A DNA stretch of 64,000 nucleotides from an uncultured virus (IMG/VR IMGVR_UViG_3300018080_006410) (lineage: Duplodnaviria > Heunggongvirae > Uroviricota > Caudoviricetes): IMG/VR virus record IMGVR_UViG_3300018080_006410. The stretch is one strand, 5' to 3'. Shown piece after piece: positions 46,114-54,944 of the stretch (within the stretch, counting starts at the first letter, position 1; each line of letters starts with the position of its first letter). The notes beneath the pieces are model-generated. The model saw nothing but the letters and a program-made list of their open reading frames with translations, was not told the DNA's origin and ran no database searches. A program made the position numbers and the translations under genes.

Positions 46114-46492
46114 CGTCTCGCGCCTCCCCTCTCACCATCCTGTGACCGCCTTCCGTCCTCTCCATGAACCTGACAGGCGCCACCATCACCTCGGTGATCG
46201 TCGCCCTGGCGAAGACGTCTCCAACCTCCAGCCTGACCGGCAACGACCCCACGCCGAACACGAGGCACACCAGATCGCCCCGCCCCTGCTGATGAGAGAC
46301 GACCGTCACGCCTTCGACGACGCTCTCGACACCCATCTCCGTGCCAGCCGGCAACTCCACCCTCAGACCAGTCGGGACCACCTTGTTCTTGCCTGGAAGA
46401 ACCACCATCCCAAGAGAGGACTGAAGCCCGAACGGATTACCCCACGGCACCTTCATCGCACTCTGGCTTCTGGTTACCACCACGCTTTTCAT
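46097..46492 (-). CDS. Degenerate dUTPase-like protein
   Basis: VVPTGLRVELPAG and VGDVFA resemble the trimeric dUTPase scaffold; catalytic motifs absent. Confidence 0.5.
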   Translation of the reverse strand: MKSVVVTRSQSAMKVPWGNPFGLQSSLGMVVLPGKNKVVPTGLRVELPAGTEMGVESVVEGVTVVSHQQGRGDLVCLVFGVGSLPVRLEVGDVFARATITEVMVAPVRFMERTEGGHRMVRGEARDVETGA

Positions 46493-47910
46493 ATCAAGTG
46501 CTCCTGCTTGTACTTTACGTTACCAAGAGCTCGTTTCCGATAGCTTTTCGGAGAATGTTCGAGATGATACGCCTCGGCCCGCCTAACCCACCCGACCGAT
46601 CCGCCAGCGGCGATGACCCTCTGAATCGTGTCCGCCTCTTCCCCTCCGTAGAGTAGCCGGTAGCTGCCATTGAAACCACCCATCGCCAGCAACAAGCTCC
46701 TCGGGACGGAGTAGTTCCCACCCCATACGCCGTAGAAGTTGCCCCCGGGCCCCTGGTGGAACCACTCCTCGTTGGTCATGTCCGGAGGGTTCCGCGCCGA
46801 CAGGCTGCGGAGCCTACCGAAGTCCCTGACGTCCCCCTCCCGCACGGACTCCGAGGCGGGATGGGATACGCCGGTCACGAAGCCGCCCCCGACAGCGACA
46901 TCATCGACATCGGCATGCGCCTCCACCGACTCTGGACTCAGAACGACGTCTCCGTTGGTGAAGAGCACCCTGTCGCCCCTGAGCCACGGAAGCGCCGCGT
47001 TGTTGACGCCGACCAGGTCGTAGCCACCATGCCTCCTCGTCACGTACCGGGCCGGGAAGGGCCACTCCGGACGGCACGTGTCCAGCCACTCCAGGGTCCC
47101 GTCCGTCGACCCGTCGTCGGCGACGACCACCTCCATCGGTGTCGCGGTCTGCCCAGCCAGGGAGGCCAGGGTCAGCGGCAGCGTCCGTCTCTGGTTGTAT
47201 GACGCCACCACGACGCTCACCCGGCTGCCGGCCAGCCCCTTCCTGAGCACGTTGTCCCGGAACCAGTCCGAGGACGACCCTATCACCTCGCGCCAATGCG
47301 GGCCCTCCTCCTCGGACATGGTGTGGTACATCTCCATGAGGGCCAGGCGGTCGTCGTAGCCACAGGCCTCGGAATGGCGCACGACGACCCGGCCATCAAG
47401 CACGTTCCTCATCCCGTCCTTCCTGCATCTCCAGCTCATGAGGTGGTCCATGCCCCATCCGACCCGATTCCTGGACGGGAGCTTGCCGACCGCGGCCGCC
47501 CCCTCCCTGCTGACCCCCATGCACATGCCCTCCAGCGACAGGACGGAGCACGCCTTGCCGGCCGTCCTTGACGCCTTCATGAAATCCAGAGACCGACCCT
47601 CTATGGCCGGGCTCCAGCACCCGAACGGCATCGCGGAACCCATCGCCTCCAGATAGTCCGACGCCGGCGCCGTCAGCTCGATGTCGGAGCAGAGGACCCA
47701 GATCGCGTCACGCCCCCCGAATCGCCGAAGGGCCTCGTTCCAGATGCGGGTCCAGTAGATGTTCGGGAACCTCTCGGCCCCGGACGGCACCTCCTCCTCG
47801 TCAGACCCGCTGTCGAAGACCGCCACCTCGAAGGCCTCGGACAAGGCGTCCCTCAGCCTCTCGGCGCGCCTTCCGTCGTTGTGGCACATTACGACGGCGA
47901 CTGGCCTCAC
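46489..47910 (-). CDS. Double-GT2 glycosyltransferase
   Basis: FDSGS...CSD...GWGMD; second domain VVVASYN...DDGS...YGGEE. Confidence 0.82.
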   Translation of the reverse strand: MRPVAVVMCHNDGRRAERLRDALSEAFEVAVFDSGSDEEEVPSGAERFPNIYWTRIWNEALRRFGGRDAIWVLCSDIELTAPASDYLEAMGSAMPFGCWSPAIEGRSLDFMKASRTAGKACSVLSLEGMCMGVSREGAAAVGKLPSRNRVGWGMDHLMSWRCRKDGMRNVLDGRVVVRHSEACGYDDRLALMEMYHTMSEEEGPHWREVIGSSSDWFRDNVLRKGLAGSRVSVVVASYNQRRTLPLTLASLAGQTATPMEVVVADDGSTDGTLEWLDTCRPEWPFPARYVTRRHGGYDLVGVNNAALPWLRGDRVLFTNGDVVLSPESVEAHADVDDVAVGGGFVTGVSHPASESVREGDVRDFGRLRSLSARNPPDMTNEEWFHQGPGGNFYGVWGGNYSVPRSLLLAMGGFNGSYRLLYGGEEADTIQRVIAAGGSVGWVRRAEAYHLEHSPKSYRKRALGNVKYKQEHLI

Positions 47911-48713
47911 GGGACGACCCTCCCGACCGCCCTCATCAGCCTCTTCGCCGTCACGGCCCTCTCGCAGGCCATCCGATCCTCATTGGAGCACTCGACGCGA
48001 TAGACGTGGCAAAACTCGCCCCTGACATTGGCCTCCATGCAGAAACTGGCCGCGTCGCACTTCGACCCCGGCGTCACCGCCTCGAACGGGACGCCTCTCC
48101 TAAACGGCCTTGAGAACCTCGGGTCGCGCCAGGAGTGAGCCACCACCATCGGAGTCTCGGTCGCGGACGCCACGGAAGGCTCAGGACACCCGTCGACGCC
48201 GACGAAGACGTCAGCCAGGTCCACCACCGCCTTCAGCACCCCCCATCCCCCCAGCGGCCTCCCGGCCGCCGGCATCACGTCGTAGCCCGCCTCTCGAAGA
48301 AGATCTTCAAACCCGGCGACCGCGCCGGCAAAGCTGTCTGTCGGAAGGGCCACAACGGCCACCCTGTCACCCATTCCGGACCTGATCCTGGCAGCCTCCT
48401 CCTCCTGCTTCCGATCCGGCCTCATCTCGATTCTCCTGTCGGAGAGCCTGGCATCCCCGAGCAACCCCTTCGCGAACAGGTCAACCAGGTGCTCCGAACG
48501 CCAAACCTCGACCATGTCCAGCCTGACCACCCTCTCCAGCGGCTCCGGCTCCATGAAGCAGCCTACGTCCTCGACGTCCTCGTTCCCCCACAGCAGCTCC
48601 CGCAGCGCCGTCTCGACGACCACCCTCTCGTCAGGATGACGCAGACGGAACTCCCTGATGGCCGGCGTGGCCATCAGCACCCCCTCCACCGTCGGCACCG
48701 TCCTCACTATCAT
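47907..48713 (-). CDS. GT9 (heptosyltransferase-like) protein
   Basis: GVLMATPAIR, ADVFVGVD, Cys-containing C-terminus. Confidence 0.7.
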   Translation of the reverse strand: MIVRTVPTVEGVLMATPAIREFRLRHPDERVVVETALRELLWGNEDVEDVGCFMEPEPLERVVRLDMVEVWRSEHLVDLFAKGLLGDARLSDRRIEMRPDRKQEEEAARIRSGMGDRVAVVALPTDSFAGAVAGFEDLLREAGYDVMPAAGRPLGGWGVLKAVVDLADVFVGVDGCPEPSVASATETPMVVAHSWRDPRFSRPFRRGVPFEAVTPGSKCDAASFCMEANVRGEFCHVYRVECSNEDRMACERAVTAKRLMRAVGRVVP

Positions 48714-50767
48714 ACTTCCACCCCGTGCTCAATCAGGATAAATGCCCTGTTCCTCGCCTCCGCCTCCGCGGATGCCGAGACGCCCTTCCACTTCTTGATC
48801 TTGTTGCAGTGGCGGTAGGCGTAGCCTGCGTCCATCATCCTCATACTCAGATCGAGCGCCAGCCACGGCCCCCCGAGCTCCATCCTGTCGTCGAACATGC
48901 CGACCTCCTCATATGCCCTCCTGGACAGGACCAGGCAAGCCCCGTCGACATGCGGAAAACCATGGTCCGTCACCATCGTCGTCCCAACAAGGCCCGCCCG
49001 CTCGTCCCTGAACAGGTCGACCAGATGCCGGACCCACCCCTTCCACGGCTCGAAGTCGTCACGCGCGACGCAGATGAAATCGCCGGACGTCCGGCTCACG
49101 CCGTCGTTCATGGCCGCGCCCCACGTCCTGGTCGGCGTCCACGCGACCGACACGGCATCACCCCCGAGGGCCCGCGCCACGGCCTCCCTGGCCAGCGCCG
49201 CCTGATCCACCGAGCCGCGAATGAGCATCAGCACCTCGATGGCGTCATTCACATGAAGCTCTCGGACCCTCTCGACGGCGCCATCGACGTCATCCCCGTC
49301 ATGGACCGCGACCACGCTGAACATCGGACGCCCCGGGACCGGCTTCCATCTCCTCGGCTGCTCCGACCTCGTCGTCGGCGTCGCCACCCTCCACGGCCTG
49401 TGCTCGACCGGATCACCCCCAGGCAGCCCCAGCACGATCTCGTCGCCGAGATGGTCGTCGACCAGCCGCGCCGTGATCCCGACATGGCCGTCCGGCCCCC
49501 TCGGCATGCAGTTCGGGCAGCTCGGGCAGACCTCCAGGGCCCTCGGCACCTTCATGGCCTCGGCAATGGCGTACGGGAAGCTCTGATTGCCCACGAACAG
49601 CTTTGACCCCCTGATGACCGAGGCCAGCTCCAGAACCGACAGCGGACCCGCCATTCCCACGTTGACCCCGGTCTCCTTGACGAACGCCTCGTGCTCGTCC
49701 TCGAAGCCGACGAAGACGCATCTGGACTCGTGCGGCTTCAGGACCGCCCAGTCCATGGGCCCGTGGTACCTGGAGCTCCTGGCCACGACGATATCCGCCT
49801 CGTGCAGAGGCTCAACCGTCCCCGGGTCGATCCACGGCATGGCCAGGTCGCGCTCCACCCCGAACCTGTCGAGGTGCTGCCTGGCCAGATGCTCGCCCTC
49901 GGTCGGGAGGTCCCTGAACAGGTCCAGGTCCCAATCCGGCTCCGAGCCGTCCCACCTTACCACGTCCTCGACGTACGGCTGCCTCCTCAGAAGCTCGGCC
50001 AGCTGCGCCAGGTCCTTTTCGCTCATCGGCCTGCCGACGTACCTCTCCGGATCGATCGCCACCGCCAGGACGCCCCCGCCGAGAGCCTCCATGGCCGGGA
50101 GCGAGTAGATGATGTCGCCCCGGGCGCCGGAGTGCTTGAACACGCCCCTTCCGGGAACCACCTGCGCCCGGCGTATCACCACCTCCAGGAACGCCTCGGC
50201 CCCGTCGCTCCTCCTGGTCTGGTCGACGCCCCTCTTGGAACGGTCGTACCCCGTGTCGACGACCTGCAACCTGCGAACGTGATAGCCATCCAGGCCCGCG
50301 AGCATCTCGGCCACGTTGACCGACATCTCGCTCCACGACTCGGCCTTCCATATCGTGAAGGTGTACTTGTGATCCCTGTTCCACCTGGACGGCCAGACGC
50401 CCTGCTCGTAGAGGTCCTCGTCGGGGACCGTCAGGACCAGGTGGCCTCCCGGCCTCAGCAGCGCGAGCCACTGGAGGAGGGCGTCCCTCGGCCTGGACAT
50501 GTGCTCCAGGCAGTTCGACGAGTGCACGAAGTCGTAGGCGCCCTTGCGACCCTTCGGGAACCGGAGTATCTCCTCGGCGTTACCGTCCTGGCGGTCGAAC
50601 GTCTCCACCGAGACCACGCCCTCCCACCACTCGCTCAGGAACGGATCGTCCCCGGAGCCTATGTCAAGCCCGCGCCCGACGAAGACCTCGTCCCAGAACG
50701 GGTCCTTGACGCGTCTTCTGTACGCCTTGCTCGTCTCTCTCATTCCCCACCTCTTGTTCTTGGCCAC
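48710..50767 (-). CDS. SAM methyltransferase, GT9-like and GT2-like fusion
   Basis: LDIGSG...SSNCLEH; HSGARGDII...FVGNQS; C-terminal GT2-like domain. Confidence 0.8.
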   Translation of the reverse strand: MAKNKRWGMRETSKAYRRRVKDPFWDEVFVGRGLDIGSGDDPFLSEWWEGVVSVETFDRQDGNAEEILRFPKGRKGAYDFVHSSNCLEHMSRPRDALLQWLALLRPGGHLVLTVPDEDLYEQGVWPSRWNRDHKYTFTIWKAESWSEMSVNVAEMLAGLDGYHVRRLQVVDTGYDRSKRGVDQTRRSDGAEAFLEVVIRRAQVVPGRGVFKHSGARGDIIYSLPAMEALGGGVLAVAIDPERYVGRPMSEKDLAQLAELLRRQPYVEDVVRWDGSEPDWDLDLFRDLPTEGEHLARQHLDRFGVERDLAMPWIDPGTVEPLHEADIVVARSSRYHGPMDWAVLKPHESRCVFVGFEDEHEAFVKETGVNVGMAGPLSVLELASVIRGSKLFVGNQSFPYAIAEAMKVPRALEVCPSCPNCMPRGPDGHVGITARLVDDHLGDEIVLGLPGGDPVEHRPWRVATPTTRSEQPRRWKPVPGRPMFSVVAVHDGDDVDGAVERVRELHVNDAIEVLMLIRGSVDQAALAREAVARALGGDAVSVAWTPTRTWGAAMNDGVSRTSGDFICVARDDFEPWKGWVRHLVDLFRDERAGLVGTTMVTDHGFPHVDGACLVLSRRAYEEVGMFDDRMELGGPWLALDLSMRMMDAGYAYRHCNKIKKWKGVSASAEAEARNRAFILIEHGVEV

Positions 50768-50792
50768 ACCCGACCGCTGACGGCAGCCACGC

Positions 50793-51689
50793 TCACGGCC
50801 TTCCCCCCGACTCCGAGACGCCGAAGAACTTCCTCACGCCGAGCCCGTCGTACGCCACCACCTCCCTCTTCACGCCGCCCCCGTAGACATCCTTCTCCCC
50901 GAGGCTCCGTCTCGCCCCCTCCATGACGGACCACGACCTCGCGATCTGCCTGAGCCGCTTCATGAAACCCTTCGGCTTCGCGTCCTCCAGCGACAGCTGG
51001 CCGGTCAGCCACGACGAGTAGAGTCCAATCTCGTTGTCGTTCGACGCCAGGATGATGTCATGCGGGACGCCCACGTCCACCGCCATCACCCTCTCGGCGA
51101 AGCCCTCGTCGACCGAGCACGTGTCGTGCAGCAGAAGGACGTACTTGTTCCCTTTCCCCTCTGCCGCCAGCCCCGCGAAGCCCTGCATGTCCCACGGGAC
51201 GAAGACGAACCTGACACCGTCACGCTCCTCCTCCCTCGGGTCCTTCCTGGCCCCGCAGACGACAACCTCGACGTCTCCGGACTCCACCCCGGCCCTGGCC
51301 AGCGACTTCAGCAGCCGCGGCATCGTCTGCTCGTGATAGTCGACATGGCTCGACACCGCCACCGAGAAGTCGGTCCCGAGAGGCTCGTACGGCCAGATGG
51401 CGACCCGGGCGAAACCTTTCGAGCTTGCGCTCGTCACGTCCTCCCCGACGATCCGGCAGCCGCCGTACCCCGCCTCCAGGCCGTCGAGGCGGTGCAGCAC
51501 CCGGTCCTTCTGGTCCAGGACCAGGAGAGCGCCCCCGTCGACATCCCAGTCCCCCGGGTGCGTCAGCGTCAGGCTGCCCATCCTTCGGTAGTACGAGTTC
51601 CCCTTTATGTTGCGCGCCAGCGTCAGCCTCCTGTCGCACAGCTCCTCCTGGACCGACTCGTGCGTGAACGGGAACGTCGGGGTCTTCAT
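50793..51689 (-). CDS. Hypothetical protein with a GT-A-like C-terminal domain
   Basis: VAVSSH...LLHDT. Confidence 0.6.
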   Translation of the reverse strand: MKTPTFPFTHESVQEELCDRRLTLARNIKGNSYYRRMGSLTLTHPGDWDVDGGALLVLDQKDRVLHRLDGLEAGYGGCRIVGEDVTSASSKGFARVAIWPYEPLGTDFSVAVSSHVDYHEQTMPRLLKSLARAGVESGDVEVVVCGARKDPREEERDGVRFVFVPWDMQGFAGLAAEGKGNKYVLLLHDTCSVDEGFAERVMAVDVGVPHDIILASNDNEIGLYSSWLTGQLSLEDAKPKGFMKRLRQIARSWSVMEGARRSLGEKDVYGGGVKREVVAYDGLGVRKFFGVSESGGRP

Positions 51690-51692
51690 CTT

Positions 51693-52532
51693 TCACCTCA
51701 CTTCTATTCCGAACCTTTCTCCAATGACCTCTATCGCCCTGGCATGGTAAGTGGGCTCGAACTCCTTGCCGGCCAGCCCGGGGACGCTCTGCGACCTGCC
51801 GCCCCACCACGTGTGCCAGACCCAGCCTGCGTAGTCGCACGGGTTCGGCTTGTAGCCCTCCCCGAACGACACCAGCTCATACTTCCACATCTTCATCCTC
51901 TTGCCCTCGGCCTCGCAGTCGATGGCCATCTGCTCGCCAGTGTCCGTCTCCGGCCAATGGTCCATGAAGGTATGGTCCCGAACCCATCTCGTCCAGCCGA
52001 ACAGGTAGGACGGGCAGACGTAGCTCTTCAGCTTCCGGCCCCAGCCCCTGTCAATCCCGGCCAGAACCGTGTCCTCGTCCAGGAACAGGGCCGGCGTCGT
52101 CCAGGCCGGGCTCACCGGGAAGGCGTCTGAGCAGAGGGTGCAGGCGATGTTCTTCGAGGCGTGCCGGACGAGGCGGTCCAAGGCTTCCCCGTGCCGCATG
52201 GAGTTATTGGCCCCCTTGAGAAGAATCACATCGTCCTGATCCGACAGCCACTCCGGCGTCCCGTCGGTGGACCCGTTGTCGTAGATCAGAATCTCGTAGT
52301 CGACCATCCTCGTCAGCTTCCTGATCTGGGAGATGGCCACCTTCGTGTAGGGAAGCACGTTCCAGGTCAGAATGCAGATCGAGATTCCCCCCAGGTCCCG
52401 GCGCCTCTGAAGCTCGCCGAGCCAGTCAGCCAGCATCCCGTGCTCTGCCGCGCAAACCTCGCCCGTCAGACACGAGTGAAACTTCTCCAAGGCATGCTGT
52501 TTAGCAGCCTCAAGTGTCATCCACTCACTCAT
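51693..52532 (-). CDS. GT2 glycosyltransferase
   Basis: SICILTWN, YDNGSTDGT, HGEALD, CSDAF. Confidence 0.82.
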   Translation of the reverse strand: MSEWMTLEAAKQHALEKFHSCLTGEVCAAEHGMLADWLGELQRRRDLGGISICILTWNVLPYTKVAISQIRKLTRMVDYEILIYDNGSTDGTPEWLSDQDDVILLKGANNSMRHGEALDRLVRHASKNIACTLCSDAFPVSPAWTTPALFLDEDTVLAGIDRGWGRKLKSYVCPSYLFGWTRWVRDHTFMDHWPETDTGEQMAIDCEAEGKRMKMWKYELVSFGEGYKPNPCDYAGWVWHTWWGGRSQSVPGLAGKEFEPTYHARAIEVIGERFGIEVR

Positions 52533-52831
52533 CGGACCTCGTCCTCTCCGACTATCACCTCTCCCGGCTCCGGTCCCGTCCTCAACCTCATCCCGAACAA
52601 GGTAGTTCTGCCCGTCTGGACCGGGTCCAGGTGCGGCAAAGGCCCGACCTTCACGGCCTGGGCGCTCAATCTCTCGTACAGGTGGTCCGAGACCACCACC
52701 GCGTCAACCGGCCCCCTTGTCCCTTCCGCCCTCGACATGGCCATCGCCACGTCGTCGACGGTCAAGGCGTATGTCGCATCAACCTCGGACGAGGTCGTTC
52801 GCCCTGGCGTAGCTCTCCTCGGTCCCTGCAT
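52529..52831 (-). CDS. Hypothetical protein
   Basis: Fills the operon gap; start uncertain. Confidence 0.45.
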   Translation of the reverse strand: MQGPRRATPGRTTSSEVDATYALTVDDVAMAMSRAEGTRGPVDAVVVSDHLYERLSAQAVKVGPLPHLDPVQTGRTTLFGMRLRTGPEPGEVIVGEDEVR

Positions 52832-53504
52832 CGGTCCACCATCCTTTCATGGTCGAGAACGACAACTCGCCCCTAATAAGGTACGCGTTATTCACGTCCG
52901 TGATCTCCAGCTCTCCCCGCTCACTCGGCCCCAGGCCGTCCACGATCTCGAAGACGGAGCTGTCATAGAAGTAGATTCCAGTCACGGCCATGTTCGACTT
53001 CGGCTTCTCCGGCTTCTCCTCGATGCCGACGATCTCCCTCAGCTCGGCGTTCACCTCGGCCACCCCGAACCGCCACGGGTCGGACACCTTCTTGAGCACC
53101 ACCATCGCCCCGTAGTCCACGTCCCTGTACTCCAGGAACGCCTGGACGAACGGCCCCAACGGGTCCTTGAAGATGTTGTCCCCGAGAAGGACGCACATGG
53201 AGTCCCCCTCCCGAACGAAGCCGCGCGCCAGCCCGAGAGCCTCGGCGATCCCGCCAGCCTGGTCCTGGACCCTGTACGTGGTCTGGCAGCCGTACTCGGC
53301 CCCGCTCCCGAGGAACTCGGCCATGTGGCCCACGTGCTCGCCGCCGGTCACGACCATGATGTCCTCGATCCCGGCCTCCACCATCTTCTCGACGCAGTGC
53401 TGGAGCATCGGCTTCACCCCGACCGGCAAAAGATGCTTGTTGGTCACTTTAGTCGCCGGCATCAACCTCGTTCCCTTGCCACCCGCCAGTATAACGCCCT
53501 TCAT
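52779..53504 (-). CDS. rmlA: Glucose-1-phosphate thymidylyltransferase-like sugar nucleotidyltransferase
   Basis: MKGVILAGGKGTRL, LGDN, EEKP, RGELEITD, WTDAGT. Confidence 0.9.
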   Translation of the reverse strand: MKGVILAGGKGTRLMPATKVTNKHLLPVGVKPMLQHCVEKMVEAGIEDIMVVTGGEHVGHMAEFLGSGAEYGCQTTYRVQDQAGGIAEALGLARGFVREGDSMCVLLGDNIFKDPLGPFVQAFLEYRDVDYGAMVVLKKVSDPWRFGVAEVNAELREIVGIEEKPEKPKSNMAVTGIYFYDSSVFEIVDGLGPSERGELEITDVNNAYLIRGELSFSTMKGWWTDAGTEESYARANDLVRG

Positions 53505-53707
53505 GTCTTTCCCTTTCGTCGTTCTGCCACCTTGAGCCCGTGAATCCTCAACGCCTTGGCGACGACCGTCCACTGCGCAACCGGCCACATCGACTTGAAG
53601 TCGATCAGCGTGTCGCCAATCTCACCCGCCAACTCAGCCCCCAACTCCCGATCCTCGTCGGTCGTCGGCAACTCGGAATGATGCCTGTCCAGCTTCTCTA
53701 TCCTCAT
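53501..53707 (-). CDS. Small hypothetical protein
   Basis: ATGA overlaps at both ends. Confidence 0.55.
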   Translation of the reverse strand: MRIEKLDRHHSELPTTDEDRELGAELAGEIGDTLIDFKSMWPVAQWTVVAKALRIHGLKVAERRKGKT

Positions 53708-54600
53708 CCCTCAACCCTCCACGAGTCGAACCCGAACAGCCTCTTCATCTTCTCGGCCGCCACCTCCTCCTCCCGGTCCAGGGCGTACCGGTGGGAGACC
53801 GCGTCGTCCAGCAGCCACTCCGCCCCGCCCTCCTCCAGGACCCGGTCCAGGGCCCATCCGAAGCTCCTCCTCAGAGCCGCGTCGCCGCCGCACGCCGACA
53901 CCCTGGTGTGGCCCCCGTGATGGTAGACCATGTCCCCGTAGACCACCCCGACCTGCCTGTTCAGCTCCGGATCGAAGTCGGTCATGGAGAGCGGGCACCG
54001 GCTCGGCATGAAACCCTCGCACCGGAGCCCCATGGTCTTTATCAGCTTGACCACCTCCAGGCCCGTGTCGTCCCCGTCCGCGAAGCCGACCCCGAAATGG
54101 GTCGCGAACTCCCTCGGGACAAGCTGGCACGCCACGTGCGTCGACTCCCAGCAGTGCTGGCTCCTGACTCTCCACTCGATCGTGTCCCGACCCATGTCGG
54201 CCGGAGGGGGCGCCCACGGATGCAGGATGCCCGCCGCTCCGACGCCGGCACGGACCACGCCGGCATGGAGCCCAGCCAGCCACCCGTCGGCCACCGGCAG
54301 GCAGTCGGAGTCGAGAGTCAGGACGAACGGAGCCCCATGGCGCGCCACGCCTGACGCCAGGGCCTCGTCCAGCATCCTCCCGTGGACCCCTGGCCCGTCC
54401 AGCACGTCGACCCTCAGCACCATGGCCGTGGAGGGACAGAAGGCCCCCAGGACGCCGTCCAGCTCTCCTGGCTCGGCGTCCCGGGTCACGATCAGGAACT
54501 CGTAGTCCATCTTGGTGTGGCGGACGACGGCCCTGGCGCACGCCTCCATCATGCGAAGCGTGCCGGTCCGGTAGCAGCAGACTATCGTGACCGCGCTCAC
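53704..54600 (-). CDS. GT-A glycosyltransferase-like protein
   Basis: HGRMLD, TLDSD, DTG, YHHG; probable GTG start. Confidence 0.7.
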   Translation of the reverse strand: MSAVTIVCCYRTGTLRMMEACARAVVRHTKMDYEFLIVTRDAEPGELDGVLGAFCPSTAMVLRVDVLDGPGVHGRMLDEALASGVARHGAPFVLTLDSDCLPVADGWLAGLHAGVVRAGVGAAGILHPWAPPPADMGRDTIEWRVRSQHCWESTHVACQLVPREFATHFGVGFADGDDTGLEVVKLIKTMGLRCEGFMPSRCPLSMTDFDPELNRQVGVVYGDMVYHHGGHTRVSACGGDAALRRSFGWALDRVLEEGGAEWLLDDAVSHRYALDREEEVAAEKMKRLFGFDSWRVEG

Positions 54601-54944
54601 CAATCGACTTCCGTGACCCCGGTCGACGGAGCCTCCTTGTCCTTGGACTTGGCGTACTGCACCGCGACCCGCTCGGCCTCGGCCTCCTTGATGATCTCGG
54701 TCGTCCCCGCCTTCACGTCGCGCGAGATGGCCTTGGTGGAGTCCATGATGGTCATGCCCGGCCTCGCGGCCGGCCCGGTGCCGCCGAGCATAACGCACTT
54801 GACGCCGTCCATGGCTCCAGCCTCGCGCCTCTCCTTCTCCGGAGGCAGTATCCCCACCTCCAGCACCTTGTAGACACAGACCCCGAACACGTCGTCCCGC
54901 GTCTTCGTCTTAACCCTGAGACAGTCTCCCGGCTTCAGCATCAT
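54597..54944 (-). CDS. Hypothetical protein
   Basis: MMLKPGDCLRVK after AGGAGG. Confidence 0.6.
   Translation of the reverse strand: MMLKPGDCLRVKTKTRDDVFGVCVYKVLEVGILPPEKERREAGAMDGVKCVMLGGTGPAARPGMTIMDSTKAISRDVKAGTTEIIKEAEAERVAVQYAKSKDKEAPSTGVTEVDW

Noticed and set aside
36000..54600. GT cluster as an ordinary bacterial O-antigen or capsule locus
   Set aside because: No wzx, wzy, wzm/wzt or initiating transferase seen, and the genes are interleaved with phage-type replication genes and small ORFs.
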